A program made the translations under genes and the position numbers. A DNA stretch of 64,000 bases, from assembly GCA_977017575.1 (NCBI GenBank), contig CDRNVI010000029.1, forward strand, positions 868,001 through 932,000, read 5' to 3'. This document shows, piece after piece, positions 53,274-64,000 of the stretch. The notes under the pieces are model-generated. The model had not been told where the DNA came from. It saw nothing but the letters and a program-made list of their open reading frames with translations, and made no database searches. The stretch comes from Paramoeba atlantica. Taxonomy: Eukaryota; Protista; Discosea. Within the stretch, counting starts at the first letter, position 1, and the number at the start of each line of letters is the position of its first letter.

Positions 53274-56200
53274 TCATGAAGACAAAAGCTCTCCTATGGG
53301 TAGTTTATCAATTACAGAGTAGCGTCCATCCATCGTCTTGTGAACATAGTAGTACGACTCACATAAATTCGAATGACCTAGTTCTCGTACGAAAGGCTCG
53401 TCATGCGTAATCACAACAAGCTGAAAATGTCGCAACCCTTTTCGACTTTCTATAATGTTTCTTAAAGCTCGGGCTAACGATAAAATATTCTCTTCATCTA
53501 AATTCGTCGTGGGTTCATCAAGAACAAGTACGCCACAATCGCAACAAAAGGCGTCTGATAAAGCCAGACGTATGATTACTGAAGCTAGAACTTTTTGACC
53601 CGCGCTGCATCTACCTCGCAGGTCCAAATCCACATCTCCCTTACGCATAATCACACGGTACTTGTAGTTTCGTCTTGTAGCCATCGAGCCAGATGCATCC
53701 TCGTCAAATTTTATTTCAATCGTATCAATATCTGAACCAGCGTACGTAGCTTGCCACATCTGAGAAATAATTTCATTCAACTCACGCATCTTGTCCGCGT
53801 GATATTGAGTAACTGCACGATCTAACCCCTTGGCGTATTTTTCTACATCTGCATAGGCGAGCTCTGCTGTACGGAGTTTAATCTGGGTCGAAGCTAACCG
53901 ACGCTCTATATCAAAATACTTTTCATCTTCGAGTTTGAGCCTTCGAACACGTATGTCAGCAAGCAAGGGCTCCATGGAGCCGCTGAAACGCGAGCTCTCT
54001 AATTGAATGCGTGAGAATAATTGCTTTAGTTTAGTCTGAACGGTTTCCACACTATCTCTGGATGAGAATTCAATGATCTCTTTTAGAGTCTTGTCCTTCA
54101 GAATATTTTCGCGTAGTGAACGCGTTGAATCGTCTATCGCCAAAATATTGTTCTCAACCTTTTGAATGTCATCTTTCGCTTTGTAAATTTCGACCACGAG
54201 AGATAAATCACGCGCTACTGCTTCCTCCTTTTTAAGCGATTCCATAATCCAGTTCAATCGCTCACGTCGCTGCACTTCAAGGGATCGCACTTCCTCATAT
54301 TCTTTCTTCGCCTTCTCTAGAGCAATAAAAGCGACATGCACTCGTTCAGAATAATTGATTTCGGAGCCTTTGATAAAACGATCGACATTCGTGCGCATAT
54401 AATCCAGATTTGCTAATGCTTCATTCATTTTTGTTTTAGCCGTTCTTGTTCTTGCCTCATGCTGTGTAGTTAGATCCTTCTTATCGTTTACGATTTTAGT
54501 AAGTTTCGTATCGGTTTCCTTAATCTTTGTGTCGATTGAACAAAGAACACTTTGTGTTTTATCAATTTTTTCTCGCAAAGTCGAATGACGTTGAATCCAA
54601 TCTTTACTCCGCTTTAGTGCACTTTGTTTTTGATCTACCTCTCTTTGTTTAACGTGGACACGATCTCGGGCAATTTGCAGTTCTTTTGAGTAATTATCGT
54701 TCTTTGAGCGTAGTTCTTCGAGGGACGAAGTAAGGAGATGGACTTTGTTGCATGCGACGCTGTACTCATCAGAGACTTCAGTCAAGGATTGACTCCCAGT
54801 CAATGTCTCATTTTTTCGTTGGAGCTCGTTCAATTGCTCAACTATATCGTTCAACTCCTTTTCTGACTTCTTCAGAAAAACTATCTGTTGCAAGCTATCT
54901 CTAGTCTCTTGAAGAGTCTCTTGACTGACCAGAACCATGGACTCAGAATGTTTTACACGTTTGGTTGTTTCCTCCACTTCTCTAACGAGATCGACGATCT
55001 GAGCAGTAATAACAGATAAATTTTCGTTTACGCAAAAGAGTTCCTTAACATCTGTCTCTGTTTTCTTCAACTCAATCAATTCTGATTCTGTGTCACTATG
55101 GAGTTTTTCGATGTCCAAAAATTCTATCCTTCGCGCTTTCAACATTGTTTTCTGGACATCAAGAAATTCTTCGCGTGAGTTCCCATCTTCGAATCCACGC
55201 CCACACGTTTCACATTCCTCTTTTACAGAAAAATCAGAAATTCTTTTCTCAAGATGTTCAATAGCATTGCGACGGACAGCAAGATCAGACGACAAATCAT
55301 TGATCTTTCTTGCTTTTTCGGTGACCGAGTTAAATAAATCATACGTATTATCTTCAAAAGAAGATCCGAGCTGCGAGCACAAATTGCTCTTTTTTATGTC
55401 ACGGGAAGATTTTTCTTTCGAATACTTGAGCTCTGCTTCTTCAAGCTCTTTACACGTGATGGCATGTAATTTTTGAAAATCCAGGAGATCCCGCGTAACT
55501 CTCAAATGGTTTTCCACTAATTTTTCAAGCAATCTTTCTGTAAGAATTTTTCTTTCACTGATACTTTCGGCTTTAAGCATGTGCTTGCTGAGAAATGGAT
55601 CAACTTTTTCCTCGAGACATAAGGTAATCTCATGCAATTTGGCTTCTTTACTTTTCATCAAGAGTGATACTTTTGAAAGATTATCACGTTCTTGTTCACG
55701 CCTATCAAGTTCTTCGCGCAATTGCACCTCTCTTCCACGGAAAAGTTCAAGTTCGTTCAGCGTTTCACATATTCGTTTATCTACCTCGTCCTCCCTCATT
55801 TTGTCTTCGCGTATTGCAAGAATGCGTTTGGTACTCTCTAGTTCGTTCTGAAGACCTTGAACAAATTGGTCTGTAACGGACTGAAAATCTGCATCACTCT
55901 CATAGCTCCTTTGCATATTCGATATTTCATTCCTACATTCCTTCAAAATACTTTCATGAAATGATTTCTCCGAAATAGAAAGATGTTTTGTGTTGCTCAG
56001 CTTATCAAGCTCAGTTTGTTTTAGACTCATTTCCTTTAAAAGATCGCTGATAATCCCATCATATTGAGAACGCATCTCTGCAGTTTCACATTTTAAAAAG
56101 TCAAGCACCGAGCGCAATGCCATATCAGAAACAATATCTCGCTCTCCGGCTTTCCATTTTTTCTCATCAATAGAACTCAAAAGTTTGCGCAGATTTTCTT

Positions 56201-57299
56201 CCTCCTCGTCTCGTTTGACCTTATCCTCCGCAGCAGATTTTGATGCCGCTTCTATGAGACTTAATTTACTCAACTTTTCTGTCCGATTGTCATCTAGCGT
56301 TACAAGGAAGCTGTCAATCGACTTTTTTTCCTCACTCAAATCTTTTACGTTGTTTTCGCTCTTATACAGCGAAAGATGCACCTCTTCAATACCAGGAAAA
56401 GATTCCATAGATGTGCGACTAGTCAAATCTTGTAACGCCTTTCTACGTTCGTCAAGTGCTCCACTATGACGATCTTTTTGCTGTTGAAGTGTATTGACTT
56501 TTTCGGACACCGTGTCTACAGTACCCAAAACCTGCTTGAGTTTTCTAGATTCAAGCTCTAACTTTTCCAAACTTTTCTTTAGCTCCGCGACTTGCTTCTC
56601 TTTTTCATGTATTTCGCTTCGAAGAGTTTGCGCTTGATCGCAGTGTTCATGTAGAACTAAAAGAGTTGCCTCACTTTGCTTCGCCTGTGCTCTATAAGCC
56701 CGGGCGTTTTCCCGAAACTTCTCTAATGCACCAACGTATTTCGTAGATGCAAAAATATCGTCAAACCTCTTTTTAACTTCAGAAGGCGTTCCAAGTGGCC
56801 AATTACCATCCTCCTGGTGACAGAAAATAACATTCTCCAGAACCGCCCGACTAACACCCAACAATTCGGGAATAATTTTATCTATATCAGAGCAACGAAA
56901 TGTACATGCAACGACCTTGTTTGTGGAAGGATCTCTGTATGCGAGAGATGCATCAATGGTTTGTGTTGTCAATTTGTTTCGTACTATTGATGATTGGAAC
57001 GTTCTTGTAACCTGCATGTCATTTCCATTTTTTGCACGAAATGTAAATCGAATTTGAGCCCGTACCTCGGACTCGCCCAGAACTCTGGGGTCATGCACAA
57101 AGGAGCTTTTCTCAGCCCCTCCAAAGGGTAGTTCTCCAGTCGTTGCATTGAGGCAGGCTTCAATAACAGTAGTTTTTCCAGCCCCATTACGACCAAGAAT
57201 TATAGTAAGTGGGTGAAAGAAGTGCACGGTTTGAATCATATCGTGCTGAGGGGAGAAAGATCGTATCCCACAAAGTTGAATGTTGTGCAAACATGACAT
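53274..57299 (-). CDS. RAD50: DNA repair protein RAD50
   Basis: GIRSF, Walker A GRNGAGKTT, VIFCHQEDGNWPL, long coiled coils, zinc hook CETCG, signature RGRCSAGQK, Walker B VLVLDEPTTNLD, ITHDE. First ATG 57299. Confidence 0.97.
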   Translation of the reverse strand: MSCLHNIQLCGIRSFSPQHDMIQTVHFFHPLTIILGRNGAGKTTVIEACLNATTGELPFGGAEKSSFVHDPRVLGESEVRAQIRFTFRAKNGNDMQVTRTFQSSIVRNKLTTQTIDASLAYRDPSTNKVVACTFRCSDIDKIIPELLGVSRAVLENVIFCHQEDGNWPLGTPSEVKKRFDDIFASTKYVGALEKFRENARAYRAQAKQSEATLLVLHEHCDQAQTLRSEIHEKEKQVAELKKSLEKLELESRKLKQVLGTVDTVSEKVNTLQQQKDRHSGALDERRKALQDLTSRTSMESFPGIEEVHLSLYKSENNVKDLSEEKKSIDSFLVTLDDNRTEKLSKLSLIEAASKSAAEDKVKRDEEEENLRKLLSSIDEKKWKAGERDIVSDMALRSVLDFLKCETAEMRSQYDGIISDLLKEMSLKQTELDKLSNTKHLSISEKSFHESILKECRNEISNMQRSYESDADFQSVTDQFVQGLQNELESTKRILAIREDKMREDEVDKRICETLNELELFRGREVQLREELDRREQERDNLSKVSLLMKSKEAKLHEITLCLEEKVDPFLSKHMLKAESISERKILTERLLEKLVENHLRVTRDLLDFQKLHAITCKELEEAELKYSKEKSSRDIKKSNLCSQLGSSFEDNTYDLFNSVTEKARKINDLSSDLAVRRNAIEHLEKRISDFSVKEECETCGRGFEDGNSREEFLDVQKTMLKARRIEFLDIEKLHSDTESELIELKKTETDVKELFCVNENLSVITAQIVDLVREVEETTKRVKHSESMVLVSQETLQETRDSLQQIVFLKKSEKELNDIVEQLNELQRKNETLTGSQSLTEVSDEYSVACNKVHLLTSSLEELRSKNDNYSKELQIARDRVHVKQREVDQKQSALKRSKDWIQRHSTLREKIDKTQSVLCSIDTKIKETDTKLTKIVNDKKDLTTQHEARTRTAKTKMNEALANLDYMRTNVDRFIKGSEINYSERVHVAFIALEKAKKEYEEVRSLEVQRRERLNWIMESLKKEEAVARDLSLVVEIYKAKDDIQKVENNILAIDDSTRSLRENILKDKTLKEIIEFSSRDSVETVQTKLKQLFSRIQLESSRFSGSMEPLLADIRVRRLKLEDEKYFDIERRLASTQIKLRTAELAYADVEKYAKGLDRAVTQYHADKMRELNEIISQMWQATYAGSDIDTIEIKFDEDASGSMATRRNYKYRVIMRKGDVDLDLRGRCSAGQKVLASVIIRLALSDAFCCDCGVLVLDEPTTNLDEENILSLARALRNIIESRKGLRHFQLVVITHDEPFVRELGHSNLCESYYYVHKTMDGRYSVIDKLPIGELLSS

Positions 57300-57518
57300 T
57301 ACTCTGAGAACTAAAAGAAATAAAAGAGGCCTTATACACAAGTTTCACTATTTCATAATACTCAATACTAGACTAATATGCTCACCAATATGGATCGTAC
57401 GCGCATACACGTACACGCATACATGTTCATAGTATTAACATTCATGCATGTACATGAACTGTATATGAACTTCCTACATGTACATACATGCATCTACCCG
57501 CTTACAATATCGAAAACA

Positions 57519-58730
57519 TCAGGTTCTTGTTGAAACTTGTTGGCCCTCATACTTCGTTCCTTTGCCTTGATATTGAGCTGCGCGTCCTTTCTCATCCAAT
57601 ATTACGAATGGATGAAACCAAAAGGAGAACTTCTTTTTGAGATGCTGAGTACAGAGGTTAACTGCTCGCTGCGCAACTTTATCTACGTGTGAAAAAAATA
57701 CAGGAATTATATTCGGTCGCCGGAAGTATATCTCAACGTCGCAACGAACACTTTGGCCCTCGTCAGAGGCGTTCCATGAAAGAAGTTTCAACATGGTATG
57801 CTCCATAATGTAAAATTCCATTTCCTTCAAACAAGCTTCACGAATCAGGTTTTCAACTTGCTCTGGCTCCGACTGACTAGTTACATCGCTGACGTGATGT
57901 GTCCATGCGCGCGGCTTTCCATACCTCGCGAGTAAATCTTTTAGCTCTACGATACCATGAAATCTTTTAGCGCTCACCTCATGTACTGCTCCAAATGGAA
58001 GATTCATTAGTTCAATGCTGTTTCTCAAAAAAGCGTGAAGCTCCATTCTTTTAGTTCCTGCTTGCAATAAATCCATCTTTGTTAAGACGAGTAGGCAAGG
58101 AATATTAAAAACATTGCTTCGATCTATAATTTCACGTAGAAATTTTTCTGTATCTGATCGAATAGTGCCACTTCCAGCCGGAATTACAGCCACAGAGACG
58201 TCCGCTCCCTGTAGCGTATCCCAAGCTGGTCGCTCAGCAGACACCCACGAGCGCTCCCTCCTATTTCGTGGTGTAAAAACACCCGGGGTATCCATTAATA
58301 TTAATTGTGTAGAATGAACGTGAGTGATTCCTTTCACCCAGGATGTCGTAGTATGTGGCCGAGAGGAGCGAGCAGAGATGTGGGAGGTGACACAGGTGTT
58401 CACAAGTTCAGATTTCCCTCCACTTGGCGGACCAATAAACGTGACTCGAGCCTCGTGGGGATCTTCGGGCTGCACCTCTACTTGGCGGATTCTTAAGGCC
58501 TCTTGCTTTTTCTTCGAGATTGCGTCCCAGCGACTCGTGTCGGTGAGAGGAAATACGTGCCCCACTGGAGTAAAATTCTTGTCTATATAGACTTTCTTAA
58601 AGATTTCTGCTTTAGTGTTGGTGCGCTCAGTGTCCGCTTCTTTAAGAACTTGTGATACTTTTCTTTCCCATTCTCTCCGTCGCTGAATTATACGCATGGT
58701 GAACAATCGTGTTGAGCGAAACGCCATCAT
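57519..58730 (-). CDS. Era-like GTPase, probably mitochondrial
   Basis: G1 GPPSGGKSEL, G2 PHTTT, G3 LMDTPG, G4 LTKMD, G5 VSAK, followed by a KH-like region. Confidence 0.85.
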   Translation of the reverse strand: MMAFRSTRLFTMRIIQRRREWERKVSQVLKEADTERTNTKAEIFKKVYIDKNFTPVGHVFPLTDTSRWDAISKKKQEALRIRQVEVQPEDPHEARVTFIGPPSGGKSELVNTCVTSHISARSSRPHTTTSWVKGITHVHSTQLILMDTPGVFTPRNRRERSWVSAERPAWDTLQGADVSVAVIPAGSGTIRSDTEKFLREIIDRSNVFNIPCLLVLTKMDLLQAGTKRMELHAFLRNSIELMNLPFGAVHEVSAKRFHGIVELKDLLARYGKPRAWTHHVSDVTSQSEPEQVENLIREACLKEMEFYIMEHTMLKLLSWNASDEGQSVRCDVEIYFRRPNIIPVFFSHVDKVAQRAVNLCTQHLKKKFSFWFHPFVILDEKGRAAQYQGKGTKYEGQQVSTRT

Positions 58731-59165
58731 ATATATATATATATATATGTATTAGATTGCCTATGCCCAGAACAAAATAAACAATTGCATGTCCTACTCT
58801 GAAAGTTGCTTAAAGCTTCGCACATGTATGAATTGCACCGTAAATTAAGTAAAAATAATTTATATTGTGCGTGCATTCCGTTCATGGATTTTTACTCGCA
58901 CTTTTAAGAGGGTTGAAACCTACGAAAGGCAAAACCTGACAAAACCCGCGAAGTCCACTCTGACGTAGTGAAGAAAAGTACTTAGTCAAAAATAGTGGAG
59001 AACAGTTGACCTCCGTCGTTCCCTTACTGAAATTATTCTGATATTCTTTTTTCTCAGTAAAAATCACCCTATCTAATAATTAGCGGACACCCGCCTTCCT
59101 CCACTCTTTTACCGCTGAGGATAGTATCACGGATTCTGATGACATTATAATAATGAACGAATAAA

Positions 59166-60081
59166 TTATTCGTTCTGATTAAACATTTTCTTGTCCACCC
59201 GATTGGAATATTTGCGAAACTTTCTCTTGGAAGTTTGTTCTTCATCGTGTATGTGTTTCAACTTTTCGTTTTTCCTCTGAATTTCACTTTTCGTTAGCTT
59301 TGTATATGGTACATCCGATTTCTTGGCATGTGCTGGGCACTTTCCTACATTACTGGTCCCAGAAGTGTAAAGTTCTCGCTTTATACTGTCGCGGTAATCT
59401 TTTATTGCTTCTTTGTCTCTAGCATCATCGTTAAGAAATGTACACGAACAATCTGGCCTAGATTTCCACTCATTTACAAACTTCGACTCAGCATCTAACA
59501 TAACCACCGTGTTGCGGTACAATTCTCGCTTGCAAAATTTCCACCGAAAGCATTCTGCATTCCAAAGCAGTCCAAAGCCGGATTTGACAAAATCAATGCG
59601 GTGTTGATTATAGTGAAGAATTTTGTGGTGATCTATATGAGCCAAAAAGCGTTCGATCCGATTTCTTATTCGCCGAAACTCCATGTCGAATTGTTCATCA
59701 ATGTCATTACCCTTTTCTTGGCATAGACTTACTGTACATGGGAACTCCGTCAAGTATCGATGTGCAGAGAACAAAGTGTGGTTCACGGACCAAAAGGCGT
59801 CGCTCTGTTTCAGCAAGGTTGCCTGCAATGTCAGATGCATTCAACGCAGGCCGAATAAACTTTTTCCACACAGACGTAGAGGAATAATGTTTACCCAAAT
59901 ATGGTATGAGAACGTCAGCTGTTTGCTCGTGCGTTAGATTCAAATGCAGCATTGTAAGTGCACTAAAAACTTGAACAATAGTGCAATTAAGCCGAGACGC
60001 AAGTTGCGAAATAACTTCCGGGGAATATCCAGTAAATCCATGTGCAACGTTAGACCAAGGAAGAAGGCAAATATGTGACAT
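59166..60081 (-). pseudogene. Internally deleted Harbinger/ISL2EU-like DDE transposase remnant
   Basis: HTH-like N-terminal part and CTSILDGVP (D1), joined out of frame near 59710 to FDMEFRRIRNRIERFLAHI (R-x3-E) and LLWNA. The D2 region is missing. No TIRs found. Confidence 0.55.
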
Positions 60082-60279
60082 TGTGAAGATATAAAGCTAA
60101 TAAATGCCATAAATTATAGGAAGAAATAGAAAAATAGAGTATACAAACATAGGATGATAGAAATATAGTAGGAAACATAGAAATACATTGAGACAAAAGT
60201 ATGAGCTTACGTTACGTTCTTCATTTCCAGTTTTCTGTACTGTACTATGCGTTCAAATTTATTGTAATCCCGTAGGATC

Positions 60280-60485
60280 TTAAGACTTTCGCTTCTTCAC
60301 CTTCATTCCTTCCCCATGGACTTCACCCATGCTTTCAGTCGTCTGCCTGATACTCAGAATTTCAAGATGGGTCACTTTTTTCCGTAGAGCAAGTACTTCA
60401 TCCCGCAATTCTCCGACCTCTCTTTGCACCTTCTTGAACTCTACAAGAATCTCATCCGTGCGGCTACAAGCTTCTTGCACCTTCT
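60280..60485 (-). repeat. ORF-B C-terminal part of the unclassified repeat (copy 2)
   Basis: QEACSRTDEILVEFKKVQREVGELRDEVLALRKKV matches 23168-23300. Confidence 0.75.
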
Positions 60486-60486
60486 C

Positions 60487-61789
60487 GGCTAATGGGGTGA
60501 TATATTGTAGTCATTTTGGGGAAACGTTGAGAAGCAAATATATAACATGACATCTCCCTCAGAATACATTGTATTTATGTGTGAAACAAGATTTGGCTTA
60601 TTTCATTTCTTTTTTTTCCACTAAATGGCCTCCTGTTCGTGCTCGGATATGCGTTGTGTTCTCAAGTGGAAAACGATGGCTCAATTCCATTCGAGAAATT
60701 CGAGAAATTTCTTATAAGCCATGGTATTGTGAAGTCCGAAACTTGTCGCAGGCAAGTGTGTGGGGGTACAGGGTGTGCAGCGAGACACTTTGAAAACATT
60801 TGCTGGAAACGTTGGAAGAAGGGGAGTTGTCGAAAACGTCTATCACTGCTGTATCCCTACATGTCTTATAAACAAAAGAAAAGAAAGCAGAAATTCTCTT
60901 TTTAGGTAAAACTGTGTCAAGGTGTTCCAATGAGCTCAATTGCTTCGCAATGCGAAGTTAACTGGAAAACTGCATTTACATGGAAAAAAGAGCTCTTATA
61001 TGCAGTTTATCGGTACATGAAGTATCGGAACTCCAAGATACAGTACTCGCGTTGTCAGGTTGACGAGACTTATTTATGGAGCCGGAAGTACAACCGCGGA
61101 TGAAGAACTCGTAAGAAACCAACGTGGGTATTGACTCATACGGAAGTTGCAAGGAACGGTAAATCGGTAAGCACGGTGTGGTTACACGTACAAAATCGAA
61201 ATAAGGAAACCTTGGAGCAGGCGATCAGGAAGTACACATTGGACAGCCAACGTACCATAGTAACTACAGACGGGTGGAAAGCATACTCGAACGTTATTGC
61301 ATTTCGCGATCACCGCACTGTGAACCATTCTAGTAAAGGAAAGTTTAAGTTTGTAACTGCTGATGGAACTCACACCAACAACGCGGAGTCATGTCATTCA
61401 GCAGTGAAGCGGGCTATACGTAAACAGGGTAGGTTATCGATGTCGTTGAGAGAGTCTAAGTGGACGGTGGCGTTATTTACCTTATTTTTTAAAAAGCCGT
61501 CTTGGCAAGAGAAGTTACAAGTACTGTTATGTGCGTTTAAAGTGGCTCGAGACATGGGGACAGAAAGTGATAGTGAAAGCGAGTCTGAAGAAGATGAAGT
61601 GGAAAGCGAGTTTGAACACGACAAAATGGAAGAAGAAGAAGACTCTAGTGAGTCGCTTGTTGAATATAGGGAAATAACATCTAGCATATCGAAAAACAGC
61701 ATTTCATATTTCGAAAAAATGAGTAATAGTCCTTTCATGCACTTTCGCAAATTTCCGAAAAATGACTACATTATAAGTCATCTGTAGCC
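60487..61789 (+). mobile_element. Merlin (IS1595/IS1016-like) DNA transposon, 1303 bp
   Basis: Imperfect TIRs GGCTA-N14-TGTAGTCATTTT at both ends; transposase remnant inside; no TSD. Confidence 0.8.
60639..61787 (+). pseudogene. Merlin DDE transposase
   Basis: Zn-ribbon-like N-terminal part; QVDETYLWSRKYNRG*R, TTDGWKAY, HRTVNHS, HTNNAESCHS; acidic tail; several stops. Confidence 0.88.
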
Positions 61790-61815
61790 GATTTATGATG
61801 GCATCAAAAGGAACC

Positions 61816-62274
61816 TCACTGACACCTAAGTTCCAGGTCTGTTTCGTCTTTAAAAAAAAGAAGTCCTGCTTCTCGCGCCTTCGTCAAAAGGAGGAGTCCC
61901 TGCAACAAAATGTCAATGTCGATTGGGACATTGCATAATGACTTGAGAACGTTGCTCTCCTGATCAGAGAGTTGGCGAATGCGCGTAGTTATCCACTGTG
62001 CGCACATCGCAATGATGTTATCCTCCATTCGCTGGGTAAGATCATGGGGAGGAAGAAGGTCCGGGGCGTATTTGATGGCATTCTTCTCGACACTACTCAT
62101 GCGTAGCCATTCGAGAGAAGTTTCTGACCTCTTCAAGGGTATTCGAAAGGTATGTCGTATCGCATACGACACCCATTTCCGCAGGGGTGCATACTTTTCA
62201 GAGTCAGGGGAGTCGATTCCTTCCTCGATGTACTCATCGTCCCCCGGAGGAAAGTCATACTCCAACATAATCAC
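61816..62274 (-). CDS. ORF-A of the unclassified repeat (copy 2, open)
   Basis: 152-aa ATG-started ORF homologous to the degraded frame at 22625-22988. Confidence 0.6.
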   Translation of the reverse strand: MIMLEYDFPPGDDEYIEEGIDSPDSEKYAPLRKWVSYAIRHTFRIPLKRSETSLEWLRMSSVEKNAIKYAPDLLPPHDLTQRMEDNIIAMCAQWITTRIRQLSDQESNVLKSLCNVPIDIDILLQGLLLLTKAREAGLLFFKDETDLELRCQ

Positions 62275-62548
62275 TTAGTTTGAAAGAAATGAATACGAAC
62301 TATCAGTCATACAACGCGTATATTCTACGCCGTTGTTTTCACAAAATACCCCTTCTTGAAGCCGTGGCACGCCTCCCAAAGTGACCCCCCCAAAATAGGT
62401 GTCCAGGCAAAACCTGACAGGTTTCAACCCTCTAAGTAGGGGAGGTAGTACTTTACAAGTAGCTTTAGATATTTTGTCAAGTGTAGGTGTTGTTTTGTGG
62501 AGAGCGCGGTCCCAGTGACTTCTGGGAGCGCGCACTTATCAAGTACAC

Positions 62549-63862
62549 TTACCCTAGTGAGTCAATGAACCCTTTTACACGTTTAAAACTATTGATAGCA
62601 GATTGCTTATTGCAGCCACCGTATTGGAATGAGTGAGCAGTATCATTGTGAATGATGAGCTGATGGGCAACAAGAGAATCAGAATTTATAGTCTGGTTTG
62701 TATTCGGTTCATGCAACATTTCTCGATAGCAAACTTCCCGATGAGAAGGAAAGAGTTTTACGAACGTTTGAGACTTTTCAGTTCTGTAGTAAGGATCTAG
62801 ACCATGGGAAACACATAATTTGCGGTACATGTTAATAGAGTCATCACGAAAAATTTCGGTATTACTGACTTCAAACAAAGTAGATGGAATTCGTTGTAAA
62901 ATATCTTTCGAGCAAGTAAATAGAGGGCTCACCAAAACCTGTCTCTGTGCTTCAGTTTCGGGACAATACATATTTGCCGCAGCGTTAACCCATGGGAGAG
63001 TAAGATATTTTTCACTCTCCTTGTTCGTTTGACGTGACTTACATAGGGAGCCAGTTAAATCGAGCCACGGAGAAAATAGGAAGGCGGCAACAGGTAATTC
63101 GCCTACCAATTCTTTTTGGATCGTGTCAAACGTTTGCATGGAAGAAGCTTCATCACTTGACCAATCGATTCTCTCAACTCCAAACCGACGTTGCCCATAC
63201 GCAATTGCAAGCATACTGGCCAACGCAAGATTTGCTCCCGCAGAATCCCCACCAAAAATGACGCGCCTGAAAGGAACTCCCGCCTTTAAAACAGACGCAT
63301 ACGCTCTTAAACAACTTAGTAAGGCATGTGGAAAAGGACAATCTGGTGCTAGGGAATAGTGAGGCACTGCAACGCTACATTGCGTGTATTCGGCCAGCGC
63401 GGTAGTTAAACAGCGGTAAGTGCGAGGGGAGTGCACAACGAATCCACCTCCATGAAAATACAATATGACATTGGAAGGCGGAAATGAAGAAGCAACGAAA
63501 TCTCCGACGAAAGAGTCCCTCAGACGTTGTGTAATATTTTTTCCATCACTTTTTCGTGTGTGAGAGATCGGAAGACGGTTTACATGACTGGTGAACTTGC
63601 CAAACGCAGTGCTTGAAAGTGGAGAATATCTTGAAATACAAGTTGTGCAACGTGACAAATGCAAAAGACGTGTTGTCCAAACGGGAAAAGAATTGATAGA
63701 AAAAACCTTAGCCTTAGGGTGTCGTGGAAGTAGATGGCTCAATATCAAAAGTGATGGCCGGGCTATCCATCTTATTACACTGGGGGAAGGGGGTACTAGC
63801 ATCGCAAGACGAAATATCCTTGAAAACACTCGAACAGATAAACGTGATAAGTACACCAACAT
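62549..63862 (-). CDS. Alpha/beta hydrolase, hormone-sensitive-lipase family esterase
   Basis: YFHGGGF, GGDSAGANL, FSPWLDL, candidate catalytic Asp (EIFRDD) and His (AHSF). First ATG 63862. Confidence 0.9.
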   Translation of the reverse strand: MLVYLSRLSVRVFSRIFRLAMLVPPSPSVIRWIARPSLLILSHLLPRHPKAKVFSINSFPVWTTRLLHLSRCTTCISRYSPLSSTAFGKFTSHVNRLPISHTRKSDGKNITQRLRDSFVGDFVASSFPPSNVILYFHGGGFVVHSPRTYRCLTTALAEYTQCSVAVPHYSLAPDCPFPHALLSCLRAYASVLKAGVPFRRVIFGGDSAGANLALASMLAIAYGQRRFGVERIDWSSDEASSMQTFDTIQKELVGELPVAAFLFSPWLDLTGSLCKSRQTNKESEKYLTLPWVNAAANMYCPETEAQRQVLVSPLFTCSKDILQRIPSTLFEVSNTEIFRDDSINMYRKLCVSHGLDPYYRTEKSQTFVKLFPSHREVCYREMLHEPNTNQTINSDSLVAHQLIIHNDTAHSFQYGGCNKQSAINSFKRVKGFIDSLG

Positions 63863-64000
63863 TTCATTCAAGACACACAGCTGTAAAATTCAGAATTCAC
63901 CATGCACTAAACATTTTCGCCTCAAGCTCGGTCGCGAAACTGCTTCATTCGTCTTTCAACACGACAGAATTTGCATAAAAAACTCTAGAAAACTCTAAAA

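Noticed and set aside
58729-58748. (AT)n tract directly upstream of the Era start codon
   Set aside because: Ordinary microsatellite; no further structure.
60228-60241. CAGTTTTCTGTACT resembling the conserved 3' half of the kinetoplastid spliced leader
   Set aside because: It has an extra T, no AACTAA-like 5' end, no correctly spaced GT donor and no tandem array; likely chance.
60487-61789. Bacterial IS1595 contamination as the source of the transposase
   Set aside because: The RKYNRG motif is Merlin-type and the element is nested in a repeat shared with another part of this eukaryotic contig.
1-63862. Functional clustering of editing, mitochondrial and DNA-repair genes as an operon-like system
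   Set aside because: Kinetoplastid polycistronic units are generally not functionally organised, and these gene classes are common in a reduced genome.

Overview
This is a eukaryotic, intron-less, gene-dense window from a kinetoplastid: it carries a clear RNA-editing TUTase KRET2 and a KREPB-type editosome zinc-finger gene. The short spacers suggest a Perkinsela-like genome (inference). All host genes lie head-to-tail on the minus strand, consistent with one polycistronic unit: KREPB-like (partial), two CAF-1 p60-like WD40 genes, GNB1L/Asa1-like, NIF-like, TCAIM-like, a PIN protein, Grx-like, KRET2, REV1, SHOCT-PUB-PUB, MFS, LRR, SMP/MMM1-like, RAD50, Era GTPase and an HSL-type hydrolase. Two zones hold decayed mobile DNA. 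(1) At 26509-42904 a 16.4-kb TA-flanked element with perfect 30-bp TIRs contains a hAT-like element, which holds a CRE-clade non-LTR retrotransposon, which in turn holds a 439-bp TA-MITE. It also contains a VIPER/TATE-like tyrosine-recombinase retrotransposon with an unexpected AP-endonuclease domain in frame behind gag, and a PIF/Harbinger-like transposon with an unusual Cys-rich second ORF. (2) At 59-62.3 kb lie a Harbinger-like remnant and a Merlin transposon inserted into an unclassified repeat that is also present at about 22.6-23.3 kb. Two GC-rich islands about 33 kb apart show the same C-rich to G-rich polarity switch inside intact ORFs. All family assignments come from motif recognition by eye; no database search was run.
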